DNA of 27,895 nucleotides from positions 1 to 27,895 of the IMG/VR virus record IMGVR_UViG_3300032219_000543; one strand, 5' to 3'. The translations under genes and the position numbers were made by a program. Shown in pieces: positions 1-7,757 of this stretch (position 1 is the first letter of the stretch; each line of letters opens with the position of its first letter). This DNA comes from a virus (taxonomy: Duplodnaviria; Caudoviricetes). The notes beneath the pieces were generated by a model, which saw only the letters and a list, made by a program, of their open reading frames with translations, was not told where the DNA came from and did no database searches.

Positions 1-1
1 C

Positions 2-175
2 AATGGAACAACCGCTACTTGGGTAGCACCAGTAACAGCTTATGTTGGTCAGAGTAACGGAACAGTAACAACTGCCGCTCTTGGCTCAGGAGTTGTTAGA
101 AACGTTTATACAAGAACTGTAGCTCCAATAAGCAGCGACGGCAGCGTCGGGGATATTTGGATTGTCTACGCATAA
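2..175 (+). CDS. C-terminal end of a tail fibre protein (partial, runs off window)
   Basis: Manual translation NGTTATWVAPV...RTVAPISSDGSVGDIWIVYA*. The terminal P-x(5-6)-GDIW motif is typical of fibre trimerisation/adhesin-docking ends. Its TAA overlaps the next ATG (TAATG at 173-177). Confidence 0.65.
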   Translation, partial: NGTTATWVAPVTAYVGQSNGTVTTAALGSGVVRNVYTRTVAPISSDGSVGDIWIVYA

Positions 176-1542
176 TGCCTGCCAAAATAAAATTAGATGC
201 CAGCAACTGGGGTAGCGTAACTGACGTTCAAGTAAAGACAAGCTCTAATTCTTGGGGTCTTGCTAAGAGCGCTTGGTTAAAAACAGATGCTACTACTTGG
301 GTACGTTGGTTTCTTGGTCCAATTACAGACTCTTTTAATCGCTCAGTTTCAGGTACTTTAGGTACAGCAGATAGCGGAGAGACCTGGACTAACCGTAGCG
401 GGACATGGTTTGCAAACGGCTCTGCTGCACAATCAGATACCGTAGCAAGTTCAAACGCTATTGCTACCGTAGCTTACGGTGTTGACGATGTTACTGTAGG
501 CGCAGGTGTTAGTAATGGTACTGGTGTTGCTGCTTGGGTAGTAGATGCCAGTAACTGGTACGCCTTAGTTTCTTTTCAGACCCAAGTAAACACTACTTAC
601 TCTTGTAACTGTGCGTGTAATGGTCACTGCGAGAGCGGTAGTTACCCAGTTTATAATAGCGGGCCTAGCGCTCTTTATTGTGGTACTACTATTTCTGGTG
701 GTGGTACTACTACATACCAAGGGATATATGTTTCTGGTGGAACATCAACCACTTTAATTGGAGACGCTACCGCTACCGTATCCCCAACTAGTTGGAGATA
801 TGTAGGCTCTGCGTTTATTTCTAGTCGTCAGTGTACTACCGGTCAAGTTAATGACCCATATAACTATAATTGTTATACTACAAGTGATTGCTACGCATTT
901 GGTGGTGGACAAGCATGCTCTTATGAATGTAATGAGGGAGAAACTGGTCACCCAGGAGCATACAGTTGCTATGTTCCAAGAGCTTCAACCACTACTTACT
1001 CCTGCCCTTCAGGTACCTTAATAGGCACACAATGTTATAGCGTCACATCTATTCCGGGTGGTTGGGACTGCTACGCAGGTGGTACCCCTAACTCAAGCGG
1101 ACTTTGTACAGTTACAACAGCGTCAACAACTACTCCCAACAGTTGTCCAAATCCTGAGTACGGAGTTGCATATTATCAATCTTACTCGAATTGCTATAGC
1201 GGTGGAACATACCCCAACTGTGATCAATACGGCGGGGGTTGTCAGACTTGTGGATCGATTACTAATAATTACTATGTAAAGTTAATTCGTTCAGTAAACG
1301 GAACTATTACAAACCTTACTGGAGACATAAGCGTAGGTGGCTCAGTTGGCGCCCTTCGTTTAAATACTCAAGGGGATGTTTTAACCTATCAGGCATACTC
1401 AAACTCTAACTTTACAGGTCTTCTAACCTCCGGCACACATACTGCAACCTCACCTGCAAAAGCAAACAGTTATGGTATTATTAAGACCTCTAGCCCATTT
1501 GGCCAGGGATCTACGGTAGACAATTTTAAAATATCTGGTTAG
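175..1542 (+). CDS. Putative receptor-binding/adhesin protein with a central Cys-rich insertion
   Basis: ATG at 175 (coupled to the upstream stop) is preferred over TTG 157. Trp-rich N-terminal module (W..V..V.VK...W...K..W.K....W), a beta-rich domain starting DSFNR and ending VDNFKI, and 20 Cys confined to nt 604-1251. Confidence 0.6.
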   Translation: MPAKIKLDASNWGSVTDVQVKTSSNSWGLAKSAWLKTDATTWVRWFLGPITDSFNRSVSGTLGTADSGETWTNRSGTWFANGSAAQSDTVASSNAIATVAYGVDDVTVGAGVSNGTGVAAWVVDASNWYALVSFQTQVNTTYSCNCACNGHCESGSYPVYNSGPSALYCGTTISGGGTTTYQGIYVSGGTSTTLIGDATATVSPTSWRYVGSAFISSRQCTTGQVNDPYNYNCYTTSDCYAFGGGQACSYECNEGETGHPGAYSCYVPRASTTTYSCPSGTLIGTQCYSVTSIPGGWDCYAGGTPNSSGLCTVTTASTTTPNSCPNPEYGVAYYQSYSNCYSGGTYPNCDQYGGGCQTCGSITNNYYVKLIRSVNGTITNLTGDISVGGSVGALRLNTQGDVLTYQAYSNSNFTGLLTSGTHTATSPAKANSYGIIKTSSPFGQGSTVDNFKISG

Positions 1543-1551
1543 GACTACAAT

Positions 1552-1797
1552 ATGACTGATCCATTTGACAGGCCTGCACGACCATGGGACTTATTCAATA
1601 AGAACCTAGGTAGAGTAGAAACAGAGATGGCAGAACAAAGATTTAATATTTGCCTTGAATGCCCTCAGTTAATTAAATTAACTAGCCAGTGCAAAGAGTG
1701 CGGATGTGTAATGAGTTTAAAAACAAAGCTTCCTAATGCCTCGTGTCCACTTGGTAAGTGGGGCGTAGTAAACGTATCGTACAAGGAGACAGAATGA
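1552..1797 (+). CDS. Small Cys-motif protein (CxxC...CxxCGC...CP..KW; DUF6171-like), probably metal-binding
   Basis: RFNICLECPQL...QCKECGCVMSLKTKLPNASCPLGKW. The family name is from recall. Confidence 0.7.
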   Translation: MTDPFDRPARPWDLFNKNLGRVETEMAEQRFNICLECPQLIKLTSQCKECGCVMSLKTKLPNASCPLGKWGVVNVSYKETE

Positions 1798-2018
1798 CAG
1801 AGAACAACGCTATACATCCAATTAAGATTGCTTTTATTATTGATGGTGAGGTAGTTGAGATCTTGCATACCCAAGATAGACTAGCCGCAATTCTTTTGAG
1901 TGATCCAACTATTGTTGATATTACAGATGTCAAAAATGACTCTAATAGTGATATCTATCCTGGGTGGACATACAACTCCACAACTAAAGCTTTTACTCCT
2001 CCAGTTGTAGAGGCTTAA
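1794..2018 (+). CDS. Small protein, possible tail-fibre assembly chaperone
   Basis: AAGGAG at 1783-1788 and an ATGA overlap support the start at 1794. The pattern AFIIDGEVV...PGWTYN..FTPP is common in small genes next to fibre genes. Confidence 0.55.
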   Translation: MTENNAIHPIKIAFIIDGEVVEILHTQDRLAAILLSDPTIVDITDVKNDSNSDIYPGWTYNSTTKAFTPPVVEA

Positions 2019-2020
2019 TT

Positions 2021-2602
2021 ATGCGTGGGGATCAGCGTGAGGGCAGATTTAATATTGCTTACGAACGTGGTTCCAGCGTCTCAGGAACTAGCGTTGAACT
2101 TGTTCAAACCGTAGGTACCTTTGTAGACTGGTGGATCTTTGATAAAGTCAATACTGTTGTAGATCCTATCTATGATGTGGGATCTTCAGTTATTGGTGGT
2201 GGTCGTAAGTGGCTTACACCATTTACTATCCCTGTAGTTAATGCTCACCTAGAGCAGGGCGCCACAGTACAGAGCGACCGCGGTTTCTACAACACAGATA
2301 CTCTAACCGTAACTATTAACGTAGATGTTATTGAGAACCACCTAAATTTTTATGGAGGTAATGCGGCTAATCGCCGTGAGCTTTCAACTGTAGAAATTAA
2401 CCCTGATGCCTACCTACGTGATAGAATCGTATTTAGAAACCAGGTGTTCTCACCAACACAGGTCTCACCACGAGGTATAATTAAAGATAGATACACCTTG
2501 TTACAGGTATCCTGTGAGCAAGTCAACGCCGAAGAGCTTGTCAATGATTCGCAGTTCCAGTACTATGCTAAGTACACTGCCTTTGATGAGACTTCAATAT
2601 AA
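2021..2602 (+). CDS. Putative neck / head-closure protein
   Basis: 193-aa beta-rich ORF ending DRIVFRNQVF...LQVSCEQV, located upstream of the tail-completion and sheath genes. Confidence 0.5.
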   Translation: MRGDQREGRFNIAYERGSSVSGTSVELVQTVGTFVDWWIFDKVNTVVDPIYDVGSSVIGGGRKWLTPFTIPVVNAHLEQGATVQSDRGFYNTDTLTVTINVDVIENHLNFYGGNAANRRELSTVEINPDAYLRDRIVFRNQVFSPTQVSPRGIIKDRYTLLQVSCEQVNAEELVNDSQFQYYAKYTAFDETSI

Positions 2603-2610
2603 GGACAACT

Positions 2611-2820
2611 ATGGCTAAAATTAAAGCAGGTGGTGCAGACCACGTAGTAAAGAAGAATAGAAACGGCGAGATAATTGTGGATCATGCTGCCAGCGCTAAA
2701 GCAGGCAAGTATGATAAGATTAACTTAACTAAGAAAGCTGGAGCCAAGACTGTCAAAGAAGGTGTCAAGGCAACTAAAGAATGGCATAAAAAGAACCCCC
2801 ATACGAAAGGTAAGAAATAA
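2611..2820 (+). CDS. Small Lys-rich protein 1 (69 aa, 18 Lys)
   Basis: In the ORF track, with AAGGA upstream. First of four ORFs linked by TAATG overlaps. Confidence 0.75.
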   Translation: MAKIKAGGADHVVKKNRNGEIIVDHAASAKAGKYDKINLTKKAGAKTVKEGVKATKEWHKKNPHTKGKK

Positions 2821-2993
2821 TGTGTAAGTCATGTGGATGCGGCTGTTCAAAGCCGGGATGTAAGGGTGCCTGCAAGAGGGGCGCTAAGAAGACTACAAAG
2901 AAGATGTCCCCAAAGCAGAAGAAGCTTGATATGGACAAAGACGGAAAGCTAGAAGGTTCTGACTTCGCTGCTCTTCGAAAGAAGAAGAAATAA
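2820..2993 (+). CDS. Small Lys-rich protein 2 (57 aa) with a metallothionein-like Cys head and an EF-hand-like loop
   Basis: Below the ORF-track cutoff. MCKSCGCGCSKPGCKGACKRGAKKTTKKMSPKQKKLDMDKDGKLEGSDFAALRKKKK*, with TAATG overlaps at both ends. Confidence 0.8.
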   Translation: MCKSCGCGCSKPGCKGACKRGAKKTTKKMSPKQKKLDMDKDGKLEGSDFAALRKKKK

Positions 2994-3136
2994 TGTGTGC
3001 TACCTGTGGCTGCGGTAAGCCAAAAGATAAGCACGGCATGAAGACTCTTGCCGCTGCTAATAAGAAGTTTGATAAGAAGTCTGACTCTAAGGGCAAGGCT
3101 AAGAAAGCTAACGTAGTACGCAAAAAAGGCATGTAA
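2993..3136 (+). CDS. Small Lys-rich protein 3 (47 aa) with a CxxCGC head
   Basis: MCATCGCGKPKDKHGMKTLAAANKKFDKKSDSKGKAKKANVVRKKGM*, with TAATG overlaps at both ends. Confidence 0.8.
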   Translation: MCATCGCGKPKDKHGMKTLAAANKKFDKKSDSKGKAKKANVVRKKGM

Positions 3137-3312
3137 TGTCTAAGTACACCGAGAAGTCAGATAAGAAACAGGACGCCAAAGACACCAAGGGTATGACCCC
3201 AAAGCAGAAGGCGGCTTTTCATAAGGCTGACAAAAAGCATCGTAAGCCTAAGTCTCAAGAGGACGATGCCAAGATGGACAAGAAGATCATTAAGAAGATT
3301 AAAAAGAAGTAG
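3136..3312 (+). CDS. Small Lys/Asp-rich protein 4 (58 aa, 21 Lys)
   Basis: MSKYTEKSDKKQDAKDTKGMTPKQKAAFHKADKKHRKPKSQEDDAKMDKKIIKKIKKK*, followed directly by a terminator. Confidence 0.8.
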   Translation: MSKYTEKSDKKQDAKDTKGMTPKQKAAFHKADKKHRKPKSQEDDAKMDKKIIKKIKKK

Positions 3313-3318
3313 CGATTT

Positions 3319-3340
3319 AACCCCCGTAAGGGGGTTTTTT
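3319..3340 (+). terminator. Rho-independent terminator
   Basis: AACCCCC-GTAA-GGGGGTT stem with a GNRA loop, running into TTTTTT. Confidence 0.9.
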
Positions 3341-3344
3341 CGTT

Positions 3345-3416
3345 TATGATTACTATTAACGCCGGAGAAATCCGGAACCCTGCTTGTAACACCCTGCGCC
3401 TTCCTATGGAGGAATT
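3345..3416 (+). promoter_or_regulatory. Possible promoter (-10 TATGAT) and structured 5' leader
   Basis: TATGAT at 3345-3350. Hairpin CCGGA-GAAA-TCCGG at 3362-3375. Hairpin TTCCT-ATGG-AGGAA at 3401-3414 overlaps the GGAGG RBS. Confidence 0.45.
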
Positions 3417-3578
3417 ATGATTAATTTAGCTAATCGGCTTGCTCGTCAAGAGACTGATGCCGATAAACAGGAGTTTGTTCGTGGCTTAGCCAGCCTTGAC
3501 CAAAACGGTGGTAAGAAAATCGTTGTTGGTTTTGCTGCAGGGTTTTTGCTATCGAATTGGCTCCGTAATCGTGGCTAA
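3417..3578 (+). CDS. 53-aa protein with a C-terminal hydrophobic segment
   Basis: Not in the ORF track. GGAGG RBS; MINLANRLARQETDADKQEFVRGLASLDQNGGKKIVVGFAAGFLLSNWLRNRG*. Confidence 0.7.
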   Translation: MINLANRLARQETDADKQEFVRGLASLDQNGGKKIVVGFAAGFLLSNWLRNRG

Positions 3579-3837
3579 AGTTAAATCATTTTTATACTCT
3601 ATCCTAGAGCAGGTTGCCGAGCCTCATACTAAAAAATACGAAACTGAAGACTTGCGTGCCCATGCATTATCATATGGGTGGCCTCAAGAAGTTGTAAGTA
3701 GTATGTCTATAGACCATACCGGAACTGTAAAATTTTCCCACCCTAAGCATAAAGAAACTGCGATGTCGTGGAATTATGGAACTCAAGATAGGCCCCCTTC
3801 TCCAGCTATTACTACCTACTTACTGGCGGTAATGTAA
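3571..3837 (+). CDS. Hypothetical virion morphogenesis (neck-region) protein
   Basis: GTG at 3571, overlapping the upstream stop, is preferred over TTG 3496. The C-terminal YGT..RPPSPAI resembles the ends of HK97 gp10-like proteins. Confidence 0.5.
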   Translation: MAKVKSFLYSILEQVAEPHTKKYETEDLRAHALSYGWPQEVVSSMSIDHTGTVKFSHPKHKETAMSWNYGTQDRPPSPAITTYLLAVM

Positions 3838-4448
3838 TGCCATTTATCATTAATGAAGATGAAGCTCTAAAGACTTTGCTTCAAGGAATCACTGTTTCAG
3901 ACGCAGGCAACTCTGCCCGTCCTGTAGGTGTCTATTATGGACAGCCAGATAAAGATATTCGTCAGCAGGTTTATCCATACATTACCCTAGATCTAGTAGG
4001 CGTACGTGAGGATACAGAGCGTGCCCACAGAGGCGTTGTAAATTTAGCTTATGCTCCTGAAGGCTATACCCCTAACCGTGACACAGATGGTTCTATTAAC
4101 CAACCAATTGAATTTCCTATCCCGGTAGATCTTATCTACCAAGTCTCAACATGGTCCCGCCAACCCCGTCATGATCGTCAGATTATGGCTAAGTTGTTTG
4201 CACCTGGTAGACTACCATTTAGATTTGGGCAACTACCCGTTCCTCAAGACGGTACCAACCGTCGTTTGGATATGTTGGGGTTCTCAAAAAGAGACACTAC
4301 TGAAGGTGGCAAACGCCTCTTTAGCAATGTCTATAACATTCGTATAAGTGCTGAGTTATTTACTCAAGAACTTACTGGTGTATACCAGGTACTGGATGTT
4401 GTTTCATCACTCGAATCTCAAAATGAAGTTTTTACTACAAACCCGTAA
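3837..4448 (+). CDS. Tail completion / sheath terminator protein
   Basis: YPYITLD and P.PVDLIYQVSTWSR motifs, typical of T4 gp15/Pvc16-N-like terminators. Immediately upstream of the sheath gene. Confidence 0.65.
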   Translation: MPFIINEDEALKTLLQGITVSDAGNSARPVGVYYGQPDKDIRQQVYPYITLDLVGVREDTERAHRGVVNLAYAPEGYTPNRDTDGSINQPIEFPIPVDLIYQVSTWSRQPRHDRQIMAKLFAPGRLPFRFGQLPVPQDGTNRRLDMLGFSKRDTTEGGKRLFSNVYNIRISAELFTQELTGVYQVLDVVSSLESQNEVFTTNP

Positions 4449-4497
4449 ATAATCCGGCCTCACTAAGAAAACAACCTAACCGAAGGAGTAACCCCGA

Positions 4498-6282
4498 ATG
4501 GCAACTTTTGCCCGTCCCGGAGTCTATATCCAAGAAGTAGCTCTGCAACAAGCTGTACAGCCTGCAAACACTGCAAACGCTGTTGGCGCATTTGTTGGAG
4601 CTCTTCCTAAAGGCAATACAACTGCACCTGTACCAGTAAGTACTTGGACAGATTTTGTTAAAGCTTTTGGTGGATTGAATGACTCATACCCAACCACTTG
4701 GGCTGCCTATAACTTTTTTGCTAATGGCGGCCGAGATCTATATGTAAAGCGTGTTATTGGTACAGGATCTGCTGTAGGTTCTTTAATCATTAACGATGGT
4801 ACTGGAACCACAACCACTGCTACCGCTACTGTAACTGCTGCATCTGCTACATCAGGAACAGTTACATACACAGCCACTAACACTTTTGCAGCTGGACAGA
4901 CCGTATCTATTACTGGTCTTTCAACTACAGCGTTTAACCTAACTAACGTAGTTATTGCAACTCGTTCAAGCTCACAGTTTACTGTTACAAGCGCTGCTAC
5001 AGGTACTGCCGTAACTGGTGCATCTGCAACAGCTTCTGTTACAACTGTTGTAGCTTCTGCTCCAGTGTTTACTGTAAACGCAGTTAACGCAGGAACTTGG
5101 GCTAATAACGTATCAGTTAAAATTATTGCTGGAGGATCTGCTGGCCGTTTTGGTCTAGAGGTCTACCAAACAACAACAACTAGTGGAACTGCTACAACTA
5201 GCTTAATAGAGTCATACACAGACTTAAGCATGTCATCTACAGACAGAAACTTTGTTCGTTCAAAGATTAACTCTAACCCTACCTCTGCAATTACAATTCT
5301 TAGCACAGGTTTTGACGCTACTAAGTCTCCAGGTGTTCTTACCACTCCTGTAGCACTTTCAGGTGGTGCTGACGGTGGAACCCCTGCTCGAACAGATTAC
5401 TCAGCTGCTTGGGATACATATGACTCTGTAGTTAACCCACTGGTTATCTACGCACCAGATGCCCCATATGCTGCAACTGCCACACTAACTGCACAGATTC
5501 ATGGAGATGCTGTAATTTATGCAGCTAGCCGCAACGATTGCTTTGCTGTCATTGACACACCTTCTGGTCTAGAAGTTGTTGCAGCTCAAGATCAAGTAAC
5601 AGCTACCTATTCTATCTTTGCTGCTAGCAGCTCAGGAAATATTGCTGCAGCTTACTACCCATGGTACAGCATTCCAGACCCAACTAAAAGCGTTGGCGTA
5701 ACTCGCCTACAAGCTCCAGGAGCTGGTGTTGTTGGTCAATACCTAGCAACTGACGCATCTCGTGGTCCAGCGAAGACTCCAGCAGGTTTACAGAACGTTA
5801 TGGCTCTTGCTCTATCTACTGAACACTTGTTTACTAACGCTGAGCTCGATACTATCAATACAAGCGTAGACCCTATCAATGCTATTCGCCAGGTTCCTGG
5901 TGCAGGTATTGTTATTATGGGTGGACGTACTATTGATAACACCCCAAACAATCGTTACATCAATCTTCGACGTTCTTTGATTTACATTGAAAAGTCTATT
6001 AATGATCTAACATCATTTGCTCTTTTTGAGAATAATGACTCAGAGTTACATTCTCAAATTAGAACAACTTTAAATAGCTTCCTCCTTTCTTATTGGACAG
6101 CAGGCGGTCTACGTGGAACAAATCCAAGTCAAGCATTCTATGTGCAGTGCGATTCTACTAATAACCCATTTACCGAAATTCAAGCCGGTAGAGTTAATAT
6201 TGAAATCGGTGTTGCCCTAGAATATCCAGCAGAGTTCGTTGTCATTAAGATCGGGCAACTAACCGGAAACGCATCAGCGTAA
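4498..6282 (+). CDS. Contractile tail sheath protein
   Basis: RPGVYIQE start, FFANGG, KTPAG, RYINLRR, FENND and PAEFVVI motifs; AAGGAG RBS. Confidence 0.97.
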   Translation: MATFARPGVYIQEVALQQAVQPANTANAVGAFVGALPKGNTTAPVPVSTWTDFVKAFGGLNDSYPTTWAAYNFFANGGRDLYVKRVIGTGSAVGSLIINDGTGTTTTATATVTAASATSGTVTYTATNTFAAGQTVSITGLSTTAFNLTNVVIATRSSSQFTVTSAATGTAVTGASATASVTTVVASAPVFTVNAVNAGTWANNVSVKIIAGGSAGRFGLEVYQTTTTSGTATTSLIESYTDLSMSSTDRNFVRSKINSNPTSAITILSTGFDATKSPGVLTTPVALSGGADGGTPARTDYSAAWDTYDSVVNPLVIYAPDAPYAATATLTAQIHGDAVIYAASRNDCFAVIDTPSGLEVVAAQDQVTATYSIFAASSSGNIAAAYYPWYSIPDPTKSVGVTRLQAPGAGVVGQYLATDASRGPAKTPAGLQNVMALALSTEHLFTNAELDTINTSVDPINAIRQVPGAGIVIMGGRTIDNTPNNRYINLRRSLIYIEKSINDLTSFALFENNDSELHSQIRTTLNSFLLSYWTAGGLRGTNPSQAFYVQCDSTNNPFTEIQAGRVNIEIGVALEYPAEFVVIKIGQLTGNASA

Positions 6283-6297
6283 AGGAGATAAATAAAA

Positions 6298-6915
6298 ATG
6301 CCAGCATTTACAAATCCGCTAAGTACTTTGATGACGGATCCAGTCCGTAATTTTAGATTCTTAGTTACATTTCAGCCAACAGCTGAATGGGCAGACGCAG
6401 CAAAACCAGCAAAGATGGGATTCGTTTCCCTATCAGGCCTTAGTGTAACAACTGAGCCTATTGCTTATCGTGAAGGTGGATACAATACTAACGTTCACCA
6501 GATCCCTGGTCAATCAGCGTTTACCCCAATTACTCTTTCTAAGGGAGTAATGTTAAATCAATCATCAAACATGCTATGGATGAAGCGTTTATTCTCAGTT
6601 ATCACACCTTCTGTAACAAGCGGTGTTGGTGCGGGATTCCGATGCAATCTTGATATTCAAGTATTGAGTCATCCAAATCCTCAAGCAAGTACAGGTGCAG
6701 CTGCAACTCAAGCGCAGGCAACTACCGCTTACGATCAGCACACCTCTCTTCGCTTCAAGGTATATAACGCATGGATCTCATCACTATCCTATAGCAATCT
6801 AGATGCAGGATCTAATACCCTTATGGTAGAAGAAATGTCTCTAGTACACGAAGGATTTGACGTAGCCTACGCAAAGGACTACACACTAGCTAATACTGCA
6901 AAAGAAATCGTTTAA
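6298..6915 (+). CDS. Tail tube protein (T4 gp19-like)
   Basis: DPVRNFRF, YREGG, PITLSKG, NAW and LDAGSN..VEEMSLVHEG motifs; follows the sheath gene. Confidence 0.93.
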   Translation: MPAFTNPLSTLMTDPVRNFRFLVTFQPTAEWADAAKPAKMGFVSLSGLSVTTEPIAYREGGYNTNVHQIPGQSAFTPITLSKGVMLNQSSNMLWMKRLFSVITPSVTSGVGAGFRCNLDIQVLSHPNPQASTGAAATQAQATTAYDQHTSLRFKVYNAWISSLSYSNLDAGSNTLMVEEMSLVHEGFDVAYAKDYTLANTAKEIV

Positions 6916-6935
6916 TTAAAGAATAGGTGAATAAT

Positions 6936-7757
6936 ATGACTACAGATACAATTATAAATGCGACAAACGACCCAGCTTTAGCAAATGAATTAGCTGATAA
7001 AGCTATGAAACCTTCTGAGCAGGTGGTGGCTAGTAGTGCCCCTAAAGTAACTACAACGCCACCGCCTGATACAGATGTAGAACTTTTGGGTGGGTTATTA
7101 GATCCAGTCAATGGTTTTATTTCTACAGCAGAGGTTAGAGAATTAACTGGGCTAGACGAAGAGATTATCTCTAAGATCACAGATCCAGGTAAAGCGCTTT
7201 TAACAATTCTTGAAAGAGCAACCGTAAAGATTGGTGACGAGCCAGCTGACAAAGCTACGCTAGAAGCCCTCTATGCAGGTGACCGTGAGCTATTGTTACT
7301 AGCAATTAGAAAAGCTACTTTTGGTTCTGATGTTAAATTAGGACCTGGAGAATGCCCTAGCTGTAATTTTGAACAAATCTTTGAAATAGACTTGTCTAAA
7401 GATGTGCCCCTTAAAAAACTTGATGGGGACCACACATTTACGGTTAAGTGCAAAGTTGGAGAAGTGGTAGTGAGCCTTCCTACAGGAAGTACTCAAAAAG
7501 CTATCGTAACGGCTACCAACAAAACTTCAGCAGAATTGGATACAATTCTTTTGAAAAACTGTATTGAATCTATCAATGATGCTCCAGTTCTTAGTATGGA
7601 CGATGTTAGAAAACTAAGTCTTAAAGATCGTAGAGACATTCTTGAAGAAATTACAAACCGCAACCCAGGCCCACAACTTAGTCAAATTAAAATTCCATGT
7701 CAGTCTTGCGGCGCGGAGGTACCGCTTCCGCTAACTTTAGCGGAGTTGTTTCGCTAA
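6936..7757 (+). CDS. Tail/baseplate-hub assembly chaperone (T4 gp26-like, two CxxC motifs)
   Basis: VRELTGLDEE, GDRELLLLAIR..TFG, CPSC and CQSC motifs, between tube and tape measure. AGGTGA RBS favours ATG 6936. Confidence 0.75.
   Translation: MTTDTIINATNDPALANELADKAMKPSEQVVASSAPKVTTTPPPDTDVELLGGLLDPVNGFISTAEVRELTGLDEEIISKITDPGKALLTILERATVKIGDEPADKATLEALYAGDRELLLLAIRKATFGSDVKLGPGECPSCNFEQIFEIDLSKDVPLKKLDGDHTFTVKCKVGEVVVSLPTGSTQKAIVTATNKTSAELDTILLKNCIESINDAPVLSMDDVRKLSLKDRRDILEEITNRNPGPQLSQIKIPCQSCGAEVPLPLTLAELFR

Noticed and set aside
604-1251. Diversity-generating retroelement target or nucleotide tandem repeat
   Set aside because: No template/variable repeat pair, reverse transcriptase or DNA-level repeat was seen in the window.
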